Part shown: positions 19,532 through 26,353 of the stretch, in pieces | Position numbering within the stretch: position 1 is the stretch's first letter | Layout: every line of letters starts with the position of its first letter | Sequence record: MH517022.1 | Length of the DNA: 64,000 bases | Source: Acinetobacter phage SH-Ab 15599 | Strand: one strand, 5' to 3' | Position numbers and translations under genes: made by a program | Notes under the pieces: generated by a model | Seen by the model: the letters and a program-made list of their open reading frames with translations, nothing else | Told to the model about the DNA's origin: nothing | Database searches by the model: none

Positions 19532-19607
19532 TCCCTAGTAGCTCAGTTGGTAGAGCGACGGACTGTTAATCCGTGGGTCGCTGGTTCGAGTCCAGCCTAG
19601 GGAGCCA
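19532..19607 (+). tRNA. tRNA-Asn (anticodon GTT)
   Basis: Acceptor TCCCTAG/CTAGGGA, D-arm GCTC-AGTTGGTA-GAGC, anticodon stem ACGGA/TCCGT with loop CTGTTAA, T-arm GCTGG-TTCGAGT-CCAGC, then GCCA. Confidence 0.85.
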
Positions 19608-20152
19608 GATTCAAGACAGTAGCCCGAGAGGGTTATGAGGTGGCTGAGAGAGTGAGCACAAATTGTAAGTACGCATGGTTTGCGAACCACTTGACTTCTA
19701 GGAAGATAGCTAGATGACTGCTGGAAAGACAGCAACCAGATTCTGACTGAATCCATATCGCGGTTGCAGGAAATACCACATGAAATGGTGGCGCGAGACA
19801 CTAACAGTAGACTAATCAGTTGTAAATTCTATTCCCTGAAAGGCTGTCTAATAGGGTATAAACTAACAGCAAAGATGTTTGGATAGGTCAAATAGCAGGT
19901 ACGTCTATGCTTCCTGCTTAAAACTCAATAGGATAGGTTATGACAAACAACGGGTTTTGTTAGGATGATAACCTTGTAACTGCTCCGGCAAGTGCAGAAC
20001 AATCAAAGAATTTAAGAATAAGGCTGTTGAAGGGCAGCCACCTCTAGCTATCTTTCAGGGTAGTCATGAGAATGATAGTGTAAAGGTCTTTGCTGAAGAT
20101 TCACCTTTACATGAAAGGTCTCAGGAGCCGAGAGTTAAACAAACCCTTCATT
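19608..20152 (+). ncRNA. ORF-free, highly structured spacer between tRNAs; candidate stable small RNA(s)
   Basis: 545 nt with no ORF of 60 aa or more on either strand except a tRNA-antisense artefact. Multiple local inverted repeats (GTAAAGGT..ACCTTTAC, AGCAGG..CCTGCT) and repeated AGGATAGGT words. Confidence 0.3.
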
Positions 20153-20226
20153 CCCTGGCTGGTGTAACAGGTAGCACAATGATCTTTCAGATCATGGTTT
20201 AGGTTCGAATCCTAGGCTCGGGGCCA
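20153..20226 (+). tRNA. tRNA, anticodon read as TTC (Glu) - tentative
   Basis: Acceptor CCCTGGC/GCTCGGG (one mismatch), D-arm GTGT-AACAGGTA-GCAC, anticodon stem ATGAT/ATCAT with loop CTTTCAG, T-arm TTAGG-TTCGAAT-CCTAG, then GCCA. Short variable loop. Confidence 0.55.
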
Positions 20227-20445
20227 TTTCGAAAGCCAATTGTAAAGCACTTATCAAATACAAAGATCGCAACTTTGGGTGGATGAGGAAGGTGCTTCAA
20301 ACTCCGAAAGGATACCTCGCCAAATCACAGTTGGCTTTCGAAATTGCTGCTAATAACAAATAAAATAATAATTTGAAATACTCACTCCTCTCTAAACTAC
20401 ATTATACTTCCTTCATACAAACTATCTCTCAATGGAGAAATGTAA

Positions 20446-20780
20446 TGAAGCTGTGTAAAATCAATAATGCCTTTGAACAAGGCGAAGAAAACAACTACCT
20501 CTCTCAAGATGATATCAATGAATATCGTACTCACCCTGTCTTCAATGAACTGTACGAAAAGGTTATTGGGGATAAACCTCTTGCGCTCTTAGGGCCAGAT
20601 GAAGATTTTGAAGATTCAATCTTCCCTTGTGATCTCCCTTCTTTGGCTCTACGCTATAAAGATGCTTCTGTTGGTAATCTTACAATGGGCGATATCTATC
20701 ACGGCGTAGTGGATGGAGTAGAGTGTTTCGGTATGCACTGGGACTATACAGGCTTGTTATTGTTCGCGGCAGGGGAATGA
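20446..20780 (+). CDS. Hypothetical protein
   Basis: RBS GGAGAAATGTA-ATG. 111 aa. Confidence 0.4.
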
Positions 20781-20781
20781 T

Positions 20782-21252
20782 ATGGAATATATCATTATTG
20801 CTATCATTTCTATAGCATTTGGGTACTGGATTGGTTTACGCAATGGAGTAGCCAAAGGGGTAGAGTCAGTTGAATCATACTGGTTGCCTGATATAGTTAT
20901 GTCTGATATCAAAGGCGCTTCGGACATAACATTCCAAAACTTCATCCAAGATTTCTTTTCTGAATTTATCAGAATTTGTAATTCAAACGGCGAAGTTGCC
21001 TTTGATGATATTAGTCTTGTACTCTCCGTATTTAAGGAGACGCATCCTATTTTCAAGAAATATGATTGTCTTAGACATACCGACAATTATTTGATCTATG
21101 AAGACAAATATCGTTCTATAGTCATAGGAACAGACGGCGATTTATTCAAGTTATATGAATTACGGGAAGGTATAACGGGAATAAATTATAGCCAAAAATA
21201 TCAAATGTTTGGTCTTTTTGACAAATCATTCAGCGGTGGAGGGATGTATTAA
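20782..21252 (+). CDS. N-terminal-TM small protein, paralog A of a tandem pair
   Basis: Shares E.VESYW.P.I........F.NFI.DFF.E.I..C...G......I..VLSVF...HPIFKKY..L.R with the next ORF. Confidence 0.5.
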   Translation: MEYIIIAIISIAFGYWIGLRNGVAKGVESVESYWLPDIVMSDIKGASDITFQNFIQDFFSEFIRICNSNGEVAFDDISLVLSVFKETHPIFKKYDCLRHTDNYLIYEDKYRSIVIGTDGDLFKLYELREGITGINYSQKYQMFGLFDKSFSGGGMY

Positions 21253-21719
21253 TGGATATTTTAATGACATCAATTGGCGTAGGCGGTATAGTCTTAGGTT
21301 ACGTTTGTTACTTGTTCGGTCACTATTCTGGTTACAAATCTGGAATTGAGACTGTGGAATCTTATTGGAAACCAAATATAATTTTAGATGAAAATTTCCA
21401 AGGTGCGAAGACTCTCGAGTTTCATAATTTTATCAAAGACTTCTTCACAGAGTACATTACCCTCTGTGAAGAACAGGGTGTAAAGCCTTATGATCAGATT
21501 GGTCAAGTTCTCTCTGTATTTCACGATAACCACCCGATATTCAAGAAGTATAAACACCTCCACAGAATCAACGGAGTAATTTATTATGCTGACGATTTCC
21601 GTAAAATTGAATTCAAAGCAGACGGGGATGTATACAAATTATATGAAATTAAGAGCGATTCTGTGGGATACAGTTATAATTACAATTATTTCTATTTTGT
21701 ACAGTCTTTGGATTACTAA
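21252..21719 (+). CDS. N-terminal-TM small protein, paralog B of a tandem pair
   Basis: ATGG overlap with paralog A. Collinear similarity. Confidence 0.5.
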   Translation: MDILMTSIGVGGIVLGYVCYLFGHYSGYKSGIETVESYWKPNIILDENFQGAKTLEFHNFIKDFFTEYITLCEEQGVKPYDQIGQVLSVFHDNHPIFKKYKHLHRINGVIYYADDFRKIEFKADGDVYKLYEIKSDSVGYSYNYNYFYFVQSLDY

Positions 21720-21721
21720 TA

Positions 21722-22017
21722 TGAAGAAGTTACAATTTTTATACATGTATTTGAAAGTATTCCCATTCTACTATTGGGCAACATTTTGGTTAATGCCAAG
21801 ATTGTATAAGAGTTACCCTCATGACTCCACAGTAGCAGTATATGAAGTGGAGGTTATCCGCTTCACTGAAATCTCTTCAGTTGTTGCTCACTCTCAGCGT
21901 ATGAGAAAGACTAAGAATGAAGCATACTTGAGAATGCGTCTTGCAGCCCTACAAATTGATTTTAGAACCCCAGCAATGTTCGGTATATCGTTCCGTTTAA
22001 GAAAGGTTGGAGAATAA
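21722..22017 (+). CDS. Hypothetical small membrane-associated protein
   Basis: ATG at 21722 avoids overlap with the previous gene. 98 aa, with an aromatic-rich N-terminus. Confidence 0.35.
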
Positions 22018-22019
22018 AC

Positions 22020-22370
22020 ATGAAATACAAATTAGAAAGTGGAGAAGAAATCAGTGAGGGTCTTCTTGTGCCAGTACAATATGCAGAAGGGCCGAATGGA
22101 GGGCGTTATAATATTGACCTTGAAGCCTTTCAACACAAACGTTTCTTTGTTCTACTTAATGATAAGTTGAACGAATTACCTCTCGGAGAAGTAGTCGAGG
22201 TTAATGGGAACGGCGTATTTGCTCCTTGGAATCGTAAAGATTTACACTTCGTTGTTCATAATACCGAGTTTGGCCCGTCCATATTCAATTCTAAGGAACT
22301 GGCAACCAATCCGCATTTACATTTCTACATGCTCAATGATGAAGTAAATGTAGTCTTTGAGACCTTTTAA
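22020..22370 (+). CDS. Small protein, paralog A of a second tandem pair
   Basis: MKYKLESGEEI...KRFFV... parallels MSKYKLITGEEI...KRFFVY in the next ORF. Confidence 0.5.
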   Translation: MKYKLESGEEISEGLLVPVQYAEGPNGGRYNIDLEAFQHKRFFVLLNDKLNELPLGEVVEVNGNGVFAPWNRKDLHFVVHNTEFGPSIFNSKELATNPHLHFYMLNDEVNVVFETF

Positions 22371-22380
22371 GGGGACTGAT

Positions 22381-22719
22381 ATGTCAAAGTACAAGTTGAT
22401 AACTGGCGAAGAAATTGAAATGAACAATCTCACCGAAATCTCTTACATTGGAGGTTGGAGCGGAGGCTGCTATAATTTCAAAGTCAAAGAGTCTCTAGAC
22501 AAACGGTTCTTTGTATATGTTCTGAGCATTCATACTATTATGGAGTTGCCAAAACCTAAATTAGTTGAGATGACGGGCACAGATTATGATCACGGCCATA
22601 ACTACGCTTGGAAAAGAGATGATCTACAATTCAAGATCAGTACTCAATATGGGTTTGATTCTACATTTACGTTATATGATATTGTAACTCAATTCAAGCA
22701 GAAAGTTTGGATGATGTAA
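22381..22719 (+). CDS. Small protein, paralog B of a second tandem pair
   Basis: RBS GGGGACTGAT-ATG. Collinear similarity to the preceding ORF. Confidence 0.5.
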   Translation: MSKYKLITGEEIEMNNLTEISYIGGWSGGCYNFKVKESLDKRFFVYVLSIHTIMELPKPKLVEMTGTDYDHGHNYAWKRDDLQFKISTQYGFDSTFTLYDIVTQFKQKVWMM

Positions 22720-22737
22720 TATAGCCTTAAATGTATA

Positions 22738-22770
22738 AGTCTCCAAACGGAGGCTTTATTTTTATAAATT
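22738..22770 (+). terminator. Rho-independent terminator
   Basis: AGTCTCC-AAAC-GGAGGCT then TTTATTTTTAT. A TATAAATT late-promoter-like octamer follows at 22763-22770. Confidence 0.5.
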
Positions 22771-22865
22771 TTCAAATTATTTTTCTTAAACCACTTTACT
22801 TCTCAAGTTGAAACCATTATATTAATACTCATTAACACACTATCTTACTCATCGGAGTACATCAA

Positions 22866-23456
22866 ATGACTACATTAACAACAAATCAAGAAAACGTTCT
22901 TTTGGCTCTTGCTAAAGACACTCAATTATTAACGCAGCCTTGGGTATCAACAGCTGAAATTGCTGAAGTTACGGGTCTCACTAAATTGGTTACATCTGGT
23001 CTTGTATGTTCAATGATCCACAAAGGTCTTTTGATTTCATTGAAACAAAAGAAATGGGATGGCTCAAGATACCAGTACACTGAAGAAGGTTTAGCTGCTA
23101 TTCAACACAAATTGACTCCAGTTCAAGAAAAACCTGCTAAACAAAGAACCAAATATGTTACATTTGCAGGTCAACGTATCACCGAGAACCAAGCTGCAGT
23201 AATCAAAGCCCTAGCATACAGTCAATATACACAGGCTAACGGCGCTCCAGAAACAGCGCAAAGCATTGATGAACTTAGCACTTGGTTATATGTAGATGAA
23301 ATTGCTAAAGAATGCGGTATGACCGTTAAAACGGCTAAGGCAGTGGTTGGAACATTAGTGAAATCTGGTTATTATACAGTTGCCGAAGATGAAGACAATA
23401 TTGCATGCCCAACTGAACTCGGTTTTGAGATCATCAAAGCAATGGTTCAAAAATAA
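22866..23456 (+). CDS. Putative DNA-binding protein with two tandem winged-helix-like repeats
   Basis: 196 aa. N-terminal and C-terminal halves repeat the pattern (NQ..VL.ALA......ELS...VKT.KA.VGTLVKSG). Confidence 0.4.
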   Translation: MTTLTTNQENVLLALAKDTQLLTQPWVSTAEIAEVTGLTKLVTSGLVCSMIHKGLLISLKQKKWDGSRYQYTEEGLAAIQHKLTPVQEKPAKQRTKYVTFAGQRITENQAAVIKALAYSQYTQANGAPETAQSIDELSTWLYVDEIAKECGMTVKTAKAVVGTLVKSGYYTVAEDEDNIACPTELGFEIIKAMVQK

Positions 23457-23472
23457 TTCAAATGAAATATAC

Positions 23473-23500
23473 AGTCTCCTTCGGGAGGCTTTCTTGTTTT
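23473..23500 (+). terminator. Rho-independent terminator
   Basis: AGTCTCC-TTCG-GGAGGCT then TTCTTGTTTTT. Confidence 0.6.
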
Positions 23501-23556
23501 TAAAGATCATTATCTTATTCAGTTATAATATTATCATCTACCTCTGGACAACTACA

Positions 23557-24159
23557 ATGATCAAATTTTCTGATTTCAAAGATAAGTCTTATTCCCTTGC
23601 AAGTCTTCAAGACATTTTGAATAAGGCGACCCAAGAATACGTTAAGGCTAATGACGCCGTGCGTCTTCCGCCTATAAACCCCTCTTCTCCTGGTTACCAA
23701 CATCATATGGTTCGTTGCGAAGCGTATGTTGATATTTTGGAAATGGCAATTGTCGGTAAAACAAAATTTGGAGCATATCCAGAAGGGAATAAACAACTGC
23801 ATCTTCCTGATCGTTTATCGTCTTTCAAATTTTTATATACAACTGAAGTTTGTGTCATTGTATCTGAAGACAGTTACGTTCAATCTGCTCTTCTGAAATT
23901 GTTTGCTTCAGCTAAAATTCAGTTCAAACTAGCAAATGCGCGTAGTGGACACTCCGTGTTCCGCAGCGCAATGGATAGACCATTACACGTTTGTTTATTC
24001 TTGGTTGAAACATTAGAAGATTCTTTATTTGGTGCTCCAATCATGGTAGTGAACAATATCAATGAAGATGTTCTGATCAAAACCGAAGAACGTCTTGCAG
24101 CAATCAAGAATGAAATGTTCAACAGAGGTTATTTGAAAGATAGTCTCACTCAAGTATAA
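23557..24159 (+). CDS. Hypothetical protein
   Basis: ATG at 23557 (MIKFSDF...) inside ORF 23380-24159. 200 aa. Confidence 0.4.
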   Translation: MIKFSDFKDKSYSLASLQDILNKATQEYVKANDAVRLPPINPSSPGYQHHMVRCEAYVDILEMAIVGKTKFGAYPEGNKQLHLPDRLSSFKFLYTTEVCVIVSEDSYVQSALLKLFASAKIQFKLANARSGHSVFRSAMDRPLHVCLFLVETLEDSLFGAPIMVVNNINEDVLIKTEERLAAIKNEMFNRGYLKDSLTQV

Positions 24160-24237
24160 ACAAAACTTGATTTTTAATTGAATTCCTTTTTAAGATTATA
24201 ATCCATTTATGATTTGAAATACTAAAAGGAATTCAAG

Positions 24238-24354
24238 ATGAAAATTTACTCAGCAACTATCTTAACATGCCGTTATTGCTTCAAACCTGTTAACAACTAT
24301 AACCGCATTTGTGGTTTGTGCGATGCAGTGTTGCAAGAGGGCTTTGGCTACTAG
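24238..24354 (+). CDS. Tiny Zn-ribbon protein (38 aa)
   Basis: MKIYSATILTCRYCFKPVNNYNRICGLCDAVLQEGFGY with CxxC...CxxC. Below the ORF-track length cutoff. Confidence 0.35.
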   Translation: MKIYSATILTCRYCFKPVNNYNRICGLCDAVLQEGFGY

Positions 24355-24365
24355 GAGTTCATTAA

Positions 24366-24587
24366 ATGAACGACAAACAATTATTGAAGTTAATGGCTTC
24401 AAATATTGCAGCAGGTATGGTCTCTTCGTTAAAAGATCAAAAGGATTATGACCGTTTCAAAGAAATGGCGGATAGAGAAGGTCTCAAAGTGAGAACGTGG
24501 ATTACTAAAAATTCCGTTCGTCAAGCCAAGTCTATCTCCAAAGAAGTTGATCAGACATATACCGTCGTTGATGAGCAGAAGGATTAA
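24366..24587 (+). CDS. Hypothetical small protein
   Basis: 73-aa ORF. Confidence 0.35.
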   Translation: MNDKQLLKLMASNIAAGMVSSLKDQKDYDRFKEMADREGLKVRTWITKNSVRQAKSISKEVDQTYTVVDEQKD

Positions 24588-24592
24588 AAGAG

Positions 24593-24898
24593 ATGGCAAC
24601 TTACATTCTTGAAAAACAAGACTTTGAACGTCATCTCGGATCAAAAACATTTACCTTTTGTAAGTTGCATACGACTTGGGACAGAAGAGATAATCAAAGT
24701 ATTTCTGAACTTTGGAAAGAGCATGTAAACCCTCATTTCAATGACTTCAGACATTCTGAGTTAAAAACGGCGTTTGTGGCTCTTCAACCTGTATTCCGTT
24801 GCGTTTCATTTTGTATGAGAGTTGAATTATCTCAAGAAGAAATGGATCATCTATTCAGATTAATTGAATTAGCGAATAGTGGAAAGGGTTCACTATAA
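24593..24898 (+). CDS. Hypothetical small protein
   Basis: 101-aa ORF. Confidence 0.35.
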   Translation: MATYILEKQDFERHLGSKTFTFCKLHTTWDRRDNQSISELWKEHVNPHFNDFRHSELKTAFVALQPVFRCVSFCMRVELSQEEMDHLFRLIELANSGKGSL

Positions 24899-25190
24899 TA
24901 ACTCTACTGATAATGATATGAGTTATGGTGAAGATGAGTTCCGACTTGTTTAACCCCTAAGACACTGAAGCCCTCGGGCATAACCAATAATGAGGATGTA
25001 GAAGACAGTAAGTTGATAAGGTTGAAATTCTTATCATCTGATATAGTTCTAAGATAGAAGGAGAGTATCAACTCTCAAACCAAGAGTCACTGCGGCTATT
25101 AAAGAATAGACATACTCATATCCTTCTTGAGAATTCAGCTTGTCGGTCGTTTTAGATGTTCAACAGCAACTTAAAAATATTTAGATGAAA

Positions 25191-25225
25191 GAGGGAGCAT
25201 TTCAGACTGGCTCCCTCTTTTAATT
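25191..25225 (+). terminator. Rho-independent terminator
   Basis: GAGGGAGC...GCTCCCTC hairpin then TTTTAATTTG. Confidence 0.5.
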
Positions 25226-25286
25226 TGAGAATAACAATAACCCTAATGATCCAATATAATAAAGAAAATCAACAGAGACTCTCAAT

Positions 25287-25556
25287 ATGCTCACGCCAGA
25301 AGAACAACTCACCAAGCTTATAGCTTTCAAGGCTAAGATCGAATTGATCAAACCCCGTATCCCCTTGATGGGTTTAGAAGTTGAACAAGCTTGTCAAATC
25401 ATGTTTGAACTTGGAGAAGCTAATAACAGCATTTGGTTAGCGACTCGAAATCAATTGAGTCAAGGTATTGTTTGTAAATTAATTGAAATTATTGAAACTC
25501 GATACGGTCAAATATTAGATCAAGCAGAACAGGATGATTGGAATGAAGTTGATTAA
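25287..25556 (+). CDS. Hypothetical small protein
   Basis: 89-aa ORF. Confidence 0.4.
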   Translation: MLTPEEQLTKLIAFKAKIELIKPRIPLMGLEVEQACQIMFELGEANNSIWLATRNQLSQGIVCKLIEIIETRYGQILDQAEQDDWNEVD

Positions 25557-25665
25557 ATCAATAATTGGAAAAACGTTTTGTATCCTTGCTTTACCATTCT
25601 TTGGAATTGGTATGGCTTGTTTATACATTGCTGCAGTCATTACAGATACATTCATTGATTGGTGA
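25543..25665 (+). CDS. Tiny hydrophobic membrane peptide (40 aa)
   Basis: MKLIKSIIGKTFCILALPFFGIGMACLYIAAVITDTFIDW. Overlaps the previous stop. Confidence 0.3.
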   Translation: MKLIKSIIGKTFCILALPFFGIGMACLYIAAVITDTFIDW

Positions 25666-25671
25666 TTCAAA

Positions 25672-25845
25672 ATGAGCAGAACGCGTAAGGGTAGTAAACC
25701 AGTTGGATATGAATACTGGGGCAAGCGTCCAGGGTCTTATTGGGTAGACAGAAAGACCTGCCATCGTAAAGAGCGCATGGAAGGCAAAGATGAGGTTAGA
25801 AACAATCTCAAGAATGAGGAGAAACATAATGCAGATGTGTTATGA
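25672..25845 (+). CDS. Small basic protein (57 aa)
   Basis: MSRTRKGSKPVGYEYWGKRPGSYWVDRKTCHRKERMEGKD... Confidence 0.3.
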   Translation: MSRTRKGSKPVGYEYWGKRPGSYWVDRKTCHRKERMEGKDEVRNNLKNEEKHNADVL

Positions 25846-26263
25846 CAGTACATATTTCGACTGGGGAACCTACCCAAGCTGGGTCAATTGTATATTAGTT
25901 TCAAGAGTAAAACGGGAAGAGTATGATGAGTCTACAGGTTCCAATAAGCAAGTAACTTATCGCCTTTCATCTCCTCTTATGGATATGCCTACATTTGAAA
26001 ATGGCGTTTATAGATTTGAGGGATTGTATATTCAGAAACAAATTGATGAAGGTACTCTTGAGCCTCTGGAGTTACACACTAAACCTACTCCGTGTCCATT
26101 TCAAATAGGAGAGATTGTTGAACTATTTTATGAAGGGCGTACAGTGGTGGGCAATGGTTCTAGAGTTCAATTGCTTGAAATACTCGGTAATGGTTGGGTT
26201 GTAGTTACGACTGGTATTAGTCAATGGCCTGAGCGTGTATCTAATATTCGTAAATGTTCATGA
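25829..26263 (+). CDS. Hypothetical protein
   Basis: AGGAG RBS 8 nt before the ATG at 25829. 144 aa. Confidence 0.4.
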   Translation: MQMCYDSTYFDWGTYPSWVNCILVSRVKREEYDESTGSNKQVTYRLSSPLMDMPTFENGVYRFEGLYIQKQIDEGTLEPLELHTKPTPCPFQIGEIVELFYEGRTVVGNGSRVQLLEILGNGWVVVTTGISQWPERVSNIRKCS

Positions 26264-26291
26264 ACAAAAATTTTTAAATTCCATAAAAATT

Positions 26292-26315
26292 GCCCTGTTA
26301 TTAACAGGGCTTTTT
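26292..26315 (+). terminator. Rho-independent terminator
   Basis: GCCCTGTTA-T-TAACAGGGC then TTTTT. Lies between convergent gene ends. Confidence 0.55.
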
Positions 26316-26353
26316 AGTGTCTTATTTTGTCTCCCAGCCTACCGTGTGACTGG

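Noticed and set aside
19535-19801. 88-aa minus-strand ORF in the tRNA island
   Set aside because: It is antisense to tRNA-Asn and runs through the structured spacer. It has no RBS and is almost certainly not coding.
21586-22017. 143-aa ORF overlapping paralog B (21252-21719) by 134 nt
   Set aside because: An internal ATG at 21722 gives a non-overlapping 98-aa gene. The long upstream extension is probably not translated.
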